From the IMG/VR virus record IMGVR_UViG_3300044613_002694, positions 30,376 through 94,375 of that record: a stretch of 64,000 nucleotides of DNA; one strand, 5' to 3'. Numbering within the stretch: position 1 is the first letter of the stretch; each line of letters starts with the position of its first letter. Made by a program: the position numbers and the translations under genes. Of this stretch, positions 28,345 to 37,054 are shown piece by piece. The stretch comes from a virus (Duplodnaviria; Heunggongvirae; Uroviricota; Caudoviricetes). The notes beneath the pieces were generated by a model that saw only the letters and a list, made by a program, of their open reading frames with translations, did not search any database and had not been told where the DNA came from.

Positions 28345-28571
28345 ATAAAATGATTAAATGCATTTATGAATCCGCGAAAACTGATGTTAACAGCGAAGAA
28401 GAACTAATCCAGAAATTTGCTGAAGGAATGCTTATGCAAATTGATGCAGTATTCAGATCACATTGCTATAACATAGATGATTACATGAAACTCAGTGATA
28501 ACGAACAGTTCTACTTGGTAGGAGCTGGTCTTTTACACACAAAAATAAAACGCCAGTTTAGTGAGGACTAA
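28341..28571 (+). CDS. hypothetical protein
   Basis: Track ORF. Confidence 0.4.
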   Translation: MNKMIKCIYESAKTDVNSEEELIQKFAEGMLMQIDAVFRSHCYNIDDYMKLSDNEQFYLVGAGLLHTKIKRQFSED

Positions 28572-28666
28572 ATGAAAGATAAAATTGTTTCATTTGCAAT
28601 TTACCTAGTACTATCATTTTTTGATTGGTTGTACAACGTACAAGCATGGATTAAGGAAAAATTTGA

Positions 28667-28695
28667 TTGACATTTTCTATTAATTGATCTATACT
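28667..28695 (+). promoter_or_regulatory. sigma70-like promoter (TTGACA-17-TATACT)
   Basis: Read directly. Confidence 0.4.
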
Positions 28696-28902
28696 ATGGT
28701 CATCTCAACATTAAAAAGGGTTAACATGACAACTTATGCATTATTTTTATATCTATCAACTGGTATTCTTCAGAACGCAACTGGTGGTCCGGCAGTAGTT
28801 GATGGATTTACAACAATGGAAAAATGCGAAGCAGCTAATCAAGCTGCAAAAGCACAATTGAAACAATATGATTGGGGTAAATGTATGAAGGTAGATAAAT
28901 GA
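28684..28902 (+). CDS. small secreted/membrane protein
   Basis: Hydrophobic N-terminus; Cys pair. Confidence 0.4.
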   Translation: MIYTMVISTLKRVNMTTYALFLYLSTGILQNATGGPAVVDGFTTMEKCEAANQAAKAQLKQYDWGKCMKVDK

Positions 28903-29084
28903 CAAATACACCAACTATTGCAGAACTACTCACCCGCATCGCAAATCTTGAATCACGATTGGAAGAATTACAAATTATGTATGATAACAAATGTGATGCA
29001 CTAGCAGATGTGAAAAAAGAATATGCCGAATATCGATCAGAAGTGGTATGGGGAAATGACAGAAACCAAATGGGGTGTTTTTAA
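28899..29084 (+). CDS. small coiled-coil protein
   Basis: Track ORF. Confidence 0.4.
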   Translation: MTNTPTIAELLTRIANLESRLEELQIMYDNKCDALADVKKEYAEYRSEVVWGNDRNQMGCF

Positions 29085-29085
29085 A

Positions 29086-29400
29086 ATGACATTCATTGAA
29101 CAAGTATTTAAAATTTCTGATTCAGTTAAAAACGACCGAACTGTGCTTGGTGTCCTCGGACATACTATGTCTGAACTGGGTGAACTAGCAGAAGAAGTAA
29201 CCATTGATCAAGGACAAAGTTATAAGAATCCAGGTGATGATGGTGTTATAGGCGAAGCGATCGATACGATTATATGTATTCTAGATTTGATACGAATCAC
29301 ATATCCAAATATAACCGAACAAGATTTGCAACAAATCGCTGAAATTAAATTACAAAAATGGGTTGATAAAACCAACAATAAAGGTGGACAAAATGGGTAG
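29086..29400 (+). CDS. MazG-like nucleoside triphosphate pyrophosphohydrolase
   Basis: LGHTMSELGELAEEV...EAIDTIICILDL all-alpha NTP-PPase (MazG) signature; internal start of track ORF 29023. Confidence 0.6.
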   Translation: MTFIEQVFKISDSVKNDRTVLGVLGHTMSELGELAEEVTIDQGQSYKNPGDDGVIGEAIDTIICILDLIRITYPNITEQDLQQIAEIKLQKWVDKTNNKGGQNG

Positions 29401-30346
29401 TTGGGCAGGTAGTTGTGCTATTAGTAATCTTCATATTAAAGATCAAGACGATGTAGTTGTATTTGCATTACTTAAAAATAAAGATGAACTCAATAATTTT
29501 ATTTACAATAATTCATTGTATTCAGTTTGCCCCCTACCATTTTATGCAACCTACAACGATTACGGAGCATGCATCAATGAGCATGGTGCCGGTTTCGATC
29601 CATTCATGAAATTACTTACTCAACGGATGGTTGAATTTGAAATTGGTGATAATAAGTACCATGATATCGAAGTAAAAAAAGAAGGATTCAATGCAGAAAA
29701 AATGTGGGATGCAAATCATGAAGAAAGATTGTATTTCAAACCATATGGAAAAGATCAACTTAAAGTAGAATTGATTATGGTTCATCGTGCGGTATTTGAT
29801 GCAATCATTGCCGAACGACATCAATACATGGCCAAAAATCAAGATGGTGAATATGTATATTTTTATTACACATTTCAAGATGTTGCTGACTTGGTTCCAG
29901 CATTTGTTGATACACTATATGATGCCATCTCTGAGATCAGTGCATTATCTGATACCATCACAAAGTGCGACGCAATATCTACTCAGCAGCTCATGATGAA
30001 AAAATATATGCTCCCAGTAACTGTATTCAACTATGATGAAAATAATAAATTATCAAGATACCTATCTAATGACTCATATAAATGGGCAATTGTCGATCGG
30101 CTTAAAGATTACATAATTCAATATGCTGAAAAATACAGTAAAGAAGAAACAATTGCATTAATTGTTGAATTATTGAAAGGTATCTTTGTCGATGATTTTG
30201 TTACTGATACCCGTAAATTATGGGTTCCACCAAGTGGCCGTGGTAGTCAATCACAAGCACATAGCCCATATAGAACTTTAATCAAAGCAATGTCTGAAAT
30301 TCTTGATAAAGAAAAAGAAGAATGGGATTCAGATGACGACGATTAA
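29393..30346 (+). CDS. hypothetical protein with acidic tail
   Basis: 318 aa; C-terminal EEWDSDDDD. Confidence 0.45.
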   Translation: MGSWAGSCAISNLHIKDQDDVVVFALLKNKDELNNFIYNNSLYSVCPLPFYATYNDYGACINEHGAGFDPFMKLLTQRMVEFEIGDNKYHDIEVKKEGFNAEKMWDANHEERLYFKPYGKDQLKVELIMVHRAVFDAIIAERHQYMAKNQDGEYVYFYYTFQDVADLVPAFVDTLYDAISEISALSDTITKCDAISTQQLMMKKYMLPVTVFNYDENNKLSRYLSNDSYKWAIVDRLKDYIIQYAEKYSKEETIALIVELLKGIFVDDFVTDTRKLWVPPSGRGSQSQAHSPYRTLIKAMSEILDKEKEEWDSDDDD

Positions 30347-30410
30347 CTCTAATTTCTAGTTGACACATTAAAAGAAAGTAGACATTATATCTACTTTCTT
30401 TGGAGGATTT

Positions 30411-30551
30411 ATGGTATATGTGATTATTATGATCGCCCAGTTAGCAACAGTTCTATTTACTTCATTATTATTTGGACGAGCTGGGTTTCTTGGTGCACTA
30501 ACCGGTGTTATTGTTTATTGGGTATTTCGTCTACTTGGGGTGGATTGGTAA
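30411..30551 (+). CDS. small membrane peptide (46 aa)
   Basis: GGAGG RBS; MVYVIIMIAQLATVLFTSLLFGRAGFLGALTGVIVYWVFRLLGVDW. Confidence 0.35.
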   Translation: MVYVIIMIAQLATVLFTSLLFGRAGFLGALTGVIVYWVFRLLGVDW

Positions 30552-30562
30552 CCAATCCAGCT

Positions 30563-30590
30563 TGACAAATATAAGTAATAGTGTATAATA
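30563..30590 (+). promoter_or_regulatory. sigma70-like promoter (TTGACA-16-TGTATAAT acac)
   Basis: Read directly; extended -10. Confidence 0.5.
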
Positions 30591-30640
30591 CACAATACAT
30601 TGATAGACAATGTATTAATTAATTTTTAAGGAGTTTAAAA

Positions 30641-32104
30641 ATGATAGAACATCTAAAACAACAAAATTTTATCCTACAAGCCGATGCCTACAAAGCTACA
30701 CATTGGAAGCAATTAAAAAGATCAACTAAAAAATCTTATTCGGTTATCGTCCCACGCAAAGTTAGCAAATATTCGGATATCATAGTTGCAATGGGGCAAT
30801 CAATGGTTGCTTCATATTTTGCATCTGTCCGTATCACCGATGAAATGATCGATGAAGCTGAATTGGAAATTACCGAACAAGGCTATGATTTCTACCGAGC
30901 TGGATGGGAATATATTGCACACGAATTAGACGGTAAATTACCATTAGCAATTTTTGGTGTTGAAGAAGGTCGTATCGTACAACCACAAACGCCTATTTTA
31001 GGCATTATTAATACCGATGACCGTTCAGCTTGGTTACCTGCATACTCGGAAACTATTGCACAAGATATTATCTGGACAATGAGTTCAGTAGCAAGTTTAT
31101 CGTTAGCAATTAGAAAAACATTTGCACATTATATCGAAGAAACTGGTGCTCACATGAATCAGTTGAACACCCGTTGTCATTTCTTTGGTGATCGTGGTGG
31201 TAGTTCTCCTGAATCTGCAGTACTTACTGCCATAGCACATGCCGTAATTTTTGATGGCAGTGATTGTTTACAAGCCAATCGTTATATCAAACGTTTGTAT
31301 AACACTTCAAAAGCATATACTTCAAGTATTGATGCAACTGAACACAGTACAATGTGTGATAATTCTGACGCAACTACCAAAGATGATTACGGTGCAGCAG
31401 TAATGGCAGTTGAATTACTGGAACAAGCAGTTGAACGCACTAAAACCCGTGGAATTGGTATTCCAATGATTAGTGCAGTTATTGACACATACGATAGTCG
31501 TAGATTTGTTAGAGATTATGTTGGTGGTCCTGAATTAAAAGAACGTGTTATCAATAGCGGTGGTACATTTGTGTTTCGTCCTGATTCTGGTGATATTACA
31601 GTAGAGCCAGGTATGGTCGGCAATGACATTGAATATGCATTTGGTGTAGAAGTCAATGAAAAAGGCTACAAAGTTATCCCTTGCTATACCGCAGTATTAC
31701 AAGGCGATGGTATTAAATGGAATACTTACGAAAGTGTAATTAAAGGATGGGTTGATGCTGGTTTCAGTATTGATAACTTTGCTATTGGTATGGGCGCTGG
31801 ATTATCAAATGGTACTTCAAGAGACGATTTCAGTTTCAGTATGAAAAGTATTGCAACATTTGATGGGCTGCGTTGGACTCGTAAATTAAAAGAACCAAAA
31901 ACCGATCTTGGTAAAAAATCATTATCAGGATTAGTTAGATGTCGTGAAGATGCCAATGGTAACTTGGAAGTATACGATGCTATACACGAAGGCAACGAGT
32001 ACGGTTTTATGTATCCAGGTGCTGGTTGGAAGTTATGGTTTGAAAATGGCCATAGAAAATATCGTCAATCTTTTGATGAAGTCCGTGAATGGGCTTCAAA
32101 GTAA
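30641..32104 (+). CDS. nadV: nicotinamide phosphoribosyltransferase (NadV/NAMPT)
   Basis: 487 aa; typical NAMPT length; motifs consistent with the NAPRTase family (GxGxP...DTYD... , FGVEEGR); strong RBS AAGGAG. Confidence 0.7.
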   Translation: MIEHLKQQNFILQADAYKATHWKQLKRSTKKSYSVIVPRKVSKYSDIIVAMGQSMVASYFASVRITDEMIDEAELEITEQGYDFYRAGWEYIAHELDGKLPLAIFGVEEGRIVQPQTPILGIINTDDRSAWLPAYSETIAQDIIWTMSSVASLSLAIRKTFAHYIEETGAHMNQLNTRCHFFGDRGGSSPESAVLTAIAHAVIFDGSDCLQANRYIKRLYNTSKAYTSSIDATEHSTMCDNSDATTKDDYGAAVMAVELLEQAVERTKTRGIGIPMISAVIDTYDSRRFVRDYVGGPELKERVINSGGTFVFRPDSGDITVEPGMVGNDIEYAFGVEVNEKGYKVIPCYTAVLQGDGIKWNTYESVIKGWVDAGFSIDNFAIGMGAGLSNGTSRDDFSFSMKSIATFDGLRWTRKLKEPKTDLGKKSLSGLVRCREDANGNLEVYDAIHEGNEYGFMYPGAGWKLWFENGHRKYRQSFDEVREWASK

Positions 32105-32131
32105 CATCTGAAAAACTATAGATGAGGAATT

Positions 32132-32374
32132 ATGTCAACAAAATATAGAATAACATCTGACATGGATGAACGTATGCGTATAAGATTTTCCATAGATCGC
32201 TATGAAAAACACTTCATATTGTTTGGTGAATGGATTAGGGTGAAATCATGGTTGGACTCATTAGAAGACGCTGAATCATATTTAAAACAGTTACTTGCAA
32301 AAGATACTGAAGCCATGATTATAGAAAAAGAAATTTCTAATTATGGTACGAAAGTACATAAGGTGATAGAATGA
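32132..32374 (+). CDS. hypothetical protein (paralog of next)
   Basis: M-KYRI-S-M start and SxEDAE motif shared with 32371-32619. Confidence 0.4.
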   Translation: MSTKYRITSDMDERMRIRFSIDRYEKHFILFGEWIRVKSWLDSLEDAESYLKQLLAKDTEAMIIEKEISNYGTKVHKVIE

Positions 32375-32619
32375 AACGAAAATATCGAATAATATCACGC
32401 ATGACCTATGGTAAAATCACGTACAGAGTAGAAGTGAAAACTTCTTACTTTTACTGGATACTAACCAGTGGTTGGGAATCAGCAACTAATAAATCTTTCG
32501 ATAGTCAAGAAGATGCTGAAAGATGGGTGGTTGATGAAATAACCGAATGGGCAGACTATTATAAAACCAAACTCATGGATGATGAGTATGGTGTTAAAAA
32601 ACACGGGGAATATGAATGA
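32371..32619 (+). CDS. hypothetical protein (paralog of previous)
   Basis: As above. Confidence 0.4.
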   Translation: MKRKYRIISRMTYGKITYRVEVKTSYFYWILTSGWESATNKSFDSQEDAERWVVDEITEWADYYKTKLMDDEYGVKKHGEYE

Positions 32620-32876
32620 GACATATTTATTGGATAGAAGTGATTGAGCGAGTGCCCGGTACACTTGATAGCAAGAAAGTGATCCAATCATATCCATTCC
32701 CAGATGTCCAAATCGATCCATTTGGATTTGATTTGTTAAATTTTAAAAGCCAAATTGAACTGATTGAAGATAAATCGTTGCGCGAATCAACCGCTAGACG
32801 GTATTCATTCATCACGGATATTTGGCATCCAACCCACTTTTTTCAAGTGGTATTGAAACCATGGAAATATGAGTAA
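32616..32876 (+). CDS. hypothetical protein
   Basis: Track ORF. Confidence 0.4.
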   Translation: MRHIYWIEVIERVPGTLDSKKVIQSYPFPDVQIDPFGFDLLNFKSQIELIEDKSLRESTARRYSFITDIWHPTHFFQVVLKPWKYE

Positions 32877-33249
32877 TAATATGGCAGTAATAACACTTGA
32901 CTCTTATCTGGATTTAATCAAATATAAAATCACAGAAGGTACTGACTACAATTGGCAATGTTATGGCAGTTCAGCATATATATTGACCAGATGGGATGAC
33001 CGACAATACGAATTAAACATCATATTTGATACAGTTGATAGAACTGTGTATCAGGTAGATTTTCATGACTATGTGAAGGATAAATCTTACATTTGGATTA
33101 ATCATGAGTTCCGCCAATCATTTATTGATGAATCAAACAGTCGTGGGCTTGATGCATTCAATGCATATGAGGACATGAATTTCATAGATCTATCATCAAA
33201 GACAGATGAACTGATTAATATCATCAGTAATATTGTAGACAGTGAGTAA
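32869..33249 (+). CDS. hypothetical protein
   Basis: Track ORF. Confidence 0.4.
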   Translation: MSNNMAVITLDSYLDLIKYKITEGTDYNWQCYGSSAYILTRWDDRQYELNIIFDTVDRTVYQVDFHDYVKDKSYIWINHEFRQSFIDESNSRGLDAFNAYEDMNFIDLSSKTDELINIISNIVDSE

Positions 33250-33252
33250 ACA

Positions 33253-33429
33253 ATGATTAGACTAATTATAGCTTTTGTAGTATTATATGGTTTTTTTCAT
33301 GTGGGGATTGATTTTTTACGTTTGTTAAATGAACAAGAAAAATTAAGCTTGACAAAGACTGTTGTATACAGTATTATATGCTCTCTCTTGACGGTTATCA
33401 CATTAACCATATTTGTAATTTTATTTTGA
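33253..33429 (+). CDS. small membrane protein (58 aa)
   Basis: Manual translation MIRLIIAFVVLYGFFHVGIDFLRLLNEQEKLSLTKTVVYSIICSLLTVITLTIFVILF. Confidence 0.3.
   Translation: MIRLIIAFVVLYGFFHVGIDFLRLLNEQEKLSLTKTVVYSIICSLLTVITLTIFVILF
33349..33377 (+). promoter_or_regulatory. sigma70-like promoter (TTGACA-17-TATTAT)
   Basis: Read directly. Confidence 0.4.
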
Positions 33430-33436
33430 GGTAAAC

Positions 33437-34228
33437 ATGAAATACACACTAAAATTGACAGCTTTAGCATTAGTCGCAGCCACTTTATCTGGTTGCGTTC
33501 GTGTAGAATCTGGTCACATCGGTATCCGTAGAGATATCAACAAACAAATCGTACCAACTGAACTACAACCCGGTTCATGGAATCAAGTTATTATTGGTGA
33601 TGTTTTAACAGTACCAGTTAAAGATGTTGCTGTGAAAATCGAAGATTTATCACCGGTTGCAAAAGACAATTCAACCATGAAAGATTTTGATTTGGTTGTA
33701 ATTTACAATGTGAATCCTAATTCAGGTGCAGAATTGTACACCACTAAAAACTCAGCATTCCATGCATATGACGGCAGTGATAGTTACTTAATGTATAACT
33801 ACATTGTCAATGTAGCAAGAAATGCGGTATACAAATCTGCTCGGAAATACGAGGCGTTGGAAATGAATGATGCACGACCAGCAATCGAGCAGGAAGTAAA
33901 AGAACTGATTGTTAAATCTCTCGAAGAAGAACATTTAGCAACTGATTTGACCATTAGCCAGGTCATGGTCAAAAGTATCGTTCCAGCTGATTCAATTGTA
34001 CAATCTGCAAATGAGTTGGTTCGTGCTAAAAACTCTTATAAACAAAAAGAGATTGAAGTACAAACTGCTAAACAAGAAGCCGAACGTATCTCAGTATTAA
34101 ATAGCAATTCTGGGGCTATTGAATATATGCGAGCAATGGCAATGATGAATATTTCAGAAGGTATCAAAGAAGGCAAGGTGCAAACAATTGTTGTCCCTTC
34201 CAATTTCACCGCTCTGATGATGAAATAA
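33437..34228 (+). CDS. SPFH/band-7 (prohibitin/HflC-like) lipoprotein
   Basis: Lipobox LSGC; domain architecture and C-terminal coiled-coil AKQEAERI consistent with SPFH. Confidence 0.5.
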   Translation: MKYTLKLTALALVAATLSGCVRVESGHIGIRRDINKQIVPTELQPGSWNQVIIGDVLTVPVKDVAVKIEDLSPVAKDNSTMKDFDLVVIYNVNPNSGAELYTTKNSAFHAYDGSDSYLMYNYIVNVARNAVYKSARKYEALEMNDARPAIEQEVKELIVKSLEEEHLATDLTISQVMVKSIVPADSIVQSANELVRAKNSYKQKEIEVQTAKQEAERISVLNSNSGAIEYMRAMAMMNISEGIKEGKVQTIVVPSNFTALMMK

Positions 34229-34235
34229 CACAACA

Positions 34236-34259
34236 AGGCCACTTCGGTGGCCTTTTTCT
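34236..34259 (+). terminator. rho-independent terminator
   Basis: AGGCCACttcgGTGGCCT followed by TTTTTCT. Confidence 0.65.
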
Positions 34260-34271
34260 ATTGGGGGAAAC

Positions 34272-34598
34272 ATGGAAGTAATAATACCAGAATATGTGGT
34301 TGGCACAAGAAATATTCGAGATTCACGTCAAATTCTCATGAGATTTCCAAATAACTATGGTGCATCGATAATACAAGGTCCATATACTTATGGTGGAGAT
34401 CAAGGATTATATGAAGTTGCTGTTGTACACTTTCCATCATGTGAGGACGAGTATATAATAGACTATGATAATCCAGTTAGTAATGGCGATGTTCTTGGAT
34501 ATCTCAGTATACCAGAAGTTCATGATACATTACGCAGAATTATTAATTTACCTATAATGGTGGAGAAACCAAATGAAACAAAACAGCTGGGATCATGA
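34272..34598 (+). CDS. hypothetical protein
   Basis: Track ORF. Confidence 0.4.
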   Translation: MEVIIPEYVVGTRNIRDSRQILMRFPNNYGASIIQGPYTYGGDQGLYEVAVVHFPSCEDEYIIDYDNPVSNGDVLGYLSIPEVHDTLRRIINLPIMVEKPNETKQLGS

Positions 34599-34827
34599 TG
34601 AAGATCCATATTGCTTAATACCAGTTAACAGTTATATTGATAATGGTAAAACTAAAATAACCGGCTTCTGCAGCCCAGTAGGAAAAAGGATATCTAGGTT
34701 AATGGTCCGAATTGAATATTCGGATGGTAGTACTACAACCCGTAGATATCTAGCTGTTCTTCAACAAACCAATCCAGAATTAGCGTCAAAACTTATAAAA
34801 AGGCTTAATAATGCAACTATCAACTAA
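34573..34827 (+). CDS. hypothetical protein
   Basis: Track ORF. Confidence 0.4.
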   Translation: MKQNSWDHDEDPYCLIPVNSYIDNGKTKITGFCSPVGKRISRLMVRIEYSDGSTTTRRYLAVLQQTNPELASKLIKRLNNATIN

Positions 34828-34999
34828 TGAATTAAACAAAATACAAAAAACCTTGGAAAACTTCCCTGAAGTTTCTACGTTCGTAATCAACAACATACCA
34901 GGACCAATCGGTAATATATTGACCATTTCATTTGAATATTACGTTAATGAAACTGTGTGTAATCTCACAGTTGAAATTACTGGGGTACAGGACTGGTAA
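34811..34999 (+). CDS. hypothetical protein
   Basis: Track ORF. Confidence 0.35.
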   Translation: MQLSTNELNKIQKTLENFPEVSTFVINNIPGPIGNILTISFEYYVNETVCNLTVEITGVQDW

Positions 35000-35182
35000 T
35001 ATGTACATTCTAATCCTGCTGACCTCTTTAAAGGCACAATTTCATCATCAGGTGGAATTACGACCAATACCAGGGTTGAAATCGGAAACACAATGTCTGG
35101 CATTGGGTAGAAGATTGGCATCCGAAATAAAACAAATTAATCCAGATATTGAAGTTAGATCATATTGTGAAGAGGGAAATAA

Positions 35183-35578
35183 ATGAAAATAGGCATAACC
35201 GGTACTCGTTCTGGTATGAACATTGAACAAAAAATGGCCGTGGTTGACTTTCTCGCCAATCACCCAACTGCAGAATTACATCATGGTGATTGTGTTGGAG
35301 TTGATGTTGAAGTTGCAGAGATTGCTGCCGATCTCGGGTTGAAAACAGTGTGTCATCCACCCGTGATTGCATCACTACGAGCATTTCATGAGTCAGATGA
35401 AGTACGTGAACCATTCTCATATTTTGAAAGAAATCGCCATATTGTTCACGAAGCTGATATACTGTTGGTCATCCCATGGGAGGATTCACCTCAGCCAACC
35501 GGTGGAACATGGTACACCCATGATTTTGCAAAGAAAGTTGGTAAAGAATTCAAAGTGATCTATCCAAACCGCCATTAA
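35183..35578 (+). CDS. SLOG/YpsA-like (DUF2493-type) Rossmann-fold protein
   Basis: MKIGITGTRSG...HHGDCVGVD pattern; call tentative. Confidence 0.35.
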   Translation: MKIGITGTRSGMNIEQKMAVVDFLANHPTAELHHGDCVGVDVEVAEIAADLGLKTVCHPPVIASLRAFHESDEVREPFSYFERNRHIVHEADILLVIPWEDSPQPTGGTWYTHDFAKKVGKEFKVIYPNRH

Positions 35579-35580
35579 GA

Positions 35581-35608
35581 AAAAAGCCCACATATGTGGG
35601 CTTTTTTC
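35581..35608. terminator. bidirectional rho-independent terminator between convergent genes
   Basis: AAAAAAGCCCACATATGTGGGCTTTTTT. Confidence 0.65.
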
Positions 35609-35614
35609 TATCTA

Positions 35615-35935
35615 TCATTCCACAAAAAATTTGGTATCAGGGAATCTAACAATAGCCTTCTCCAATGCTTCTTCGATAGTTAACCCTTGCCCAAGGAATT
35701 GCCCAGATTCAGTATTAAATAAATAGGTCAATGTTCCATGATATTCAACCCTGACAATTACATCGGGTTCTTTGGCATTAAATTTGTTTTGATCATTGAT
35801 CTTTTTTATTTCTTTGAGTTCTTCAATCATATCTTGCATTTTTTCTGGATGCTCGATCATATGGTACTTAAACATATAATGATTAGCTAACCAACCACAT
35901 GCGAATATGATTGAATATATTAAAAACTGTCCCAT
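35615..35935 (-). CDS. membrane-anchored protein (paralog of 36707-37054)
   Basis: N-terminal TM; C-terminal GQGLTIEEALEKAIVRFPDTKF shared with 36707-37054 (QGNTIEEVLKYASERFPGTEF). Confidence 0.45.
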   Translation of the reverse strand: MGQFLIYSIIFACGWLANHYMFKYHMIEHPEKMQDMIEELKEIKKINDQNKFNAKEPDVIVRVEYHGTLTYLFNTESGQFLGQGLTIEEALEKAIVRFPDTKFFVE

Positions 35936-35965
35936 GGATATATCCTCCGTTTATAATATTTAGTC

Positions 35966-35991
35966 AAAGAAAAACCCTCCGAAGAGGGTTT
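35966..35991 (-). terminator. rho-independent terminator (minus strand)
   Basis: AACCCTCcgaaGAGGGTT stem with T-run on the minus strand. Confidence 0.55.
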
Positions 35992-35997
35992 TGTAAA

Positions 35998-36273
35998 TTA
36001 CGGATTGGTAAGATCTACACTCAGTAAAGCTAGTGTGATAACTGTTTCATTTTTAACAAAGATCCGACATCGGAGCTTTTTGTTTATATACTTGCTGTCA
36101 CAAGTCCATGGATGATGTATTTTTTGTAGATGAGTATATGGCTCAGGGCCATATTTGGATGACAAAAATCTTGCTATTTTTCCAACAGCAGATTTATAGT
36201 CATCGAATTGGATAGCATGCGTGAATCCAAAGTTGGACATTGTATATCGTTTGTCTAATTTAATTACTTTCAT
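35998..36273 (-). CDS. hypothetical protein
   Basis: Track ORF. Confidence 0.4.
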   Translation of the reverse strand: MKVIKLDKRYTMSNFGFTHAIQFDDYKSAVGKIARFLSSKYGPEPYTHLQKIHHPWTCDSKYINKKLRCRIFVKNETVITLALLSVDLTNP

Positions 36274-36276
36274 TTT

Positions 36277-36498
36277 TCAACTCCATCTGATGATGGCTAA
36301 TGTTATTTTTACTGGATCACCTTGGTAAATTTCAAGATAAGTTTCGTCTGTTTCTGGACTTAATTTTGCATAGGTAACAATCATCCAGTTTGCACCGTCA
36401 TTGTGATAACCGAATTTTTTAGTCATCCATTGATAGACTTCAACATAATTACGTTTGGATATTTTAATTTTAGTCATGACCACTTGATTACAAACCAA
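36277..36498 (-). CDS. family A-like small protein (...VKITLAIIRWS)
   Basis: C-terminal RWS; divergent. Confidence 0.45.
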   Translation of the reverse strand: MVCNQVVMTKIKISKRNYVEVYQWMTKKFGYHNDGANWMIVTYAKLSPETDETYLEIYQGDPVKITLAIIRWS

Positions 36499-36707
36499 TT
36501 CCTGTGCTCTGCTTTTCTGAAGGCGAAAATATCACAATCATCAATCTCTGCATACGAATTGTACCACATTAGTTCACCAAACGTTGTATCACACCATTCA
36601 AACATATCTTGGAACACCTCGTCTTCACCATATCTATCATAAAGCTTTATTCTATCATCATGATAGAGTAAAGCCTGATAAACATATTCTTCTGTATGAA
36701 CTTGCAT
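36474..36707 (-). CDS. family A small paralog (...AEHRNWFVIKWS)
   Basis: Motif. Confidence 0.55.
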   Translation of the reverse strand: MQVHTEEYVYQALLYHDDRIKLYDRYGEDEVFQDMFEWCDTTFGELMWYNSYAEIDDCDIFAFRKAEHRNWFVIKWS

Positions 36708-37054
36708 TATTTTTTAGATTCAGCTAATCGATATGTAAATTCAGTACCAGGAAATCGTTCGCTTGCATATTTTAAAACTTCTTCAATTGTATTACCCTGA
36801 GAAACAAACATATCCGATTCAGCTGCCCATCCAATAAATTTTGCACCATGCTGCTCAATTAAGATTTCAATTGCATTTGCGGTGGGTTTTGCACTGATTG
36901 GGTTTTCATCATCATCTATACTGATCGATTTATCTAAAGCATCAATAACATCTTGTTTATTCATTGAATAAGCTGTCACAGTTAACCAGAAAAAGATATA
37001 TCCACCAATAAGTAACCCAATTACGAATGCAATAATAACTGCAAGTATCATCAT
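36707..37054 (-). CDS. membrane-anchored protein (paralog of 35615-35935)
   Basis: Start MMILAV after a GGAG RBS; overlaps the stop of the upstream gene (ATGA). Confidence 0.45.
   Translation of the reverse strand: MMILAVIIAFVIGLLIGGYIFFWLTVTAYSMNKQDVIDALDKSISIDDDENPISAKPTANAIEILIEQHGAKFIGWAAESDMFVSQGNTIEEVLKYASERFPGTEFTYRLAESKK

Noticed and set aside
36403-36642. Plus-strand ORFs inside the minus-strand family A array (e.g. 36403-36642, 40610-40876, 41041-41256, 44048-44416, 45568-45849)
   Set aside because: They are antisense to motif-bearing minus-strand genes arranged with coupled stop/start overlaps; no independent support.
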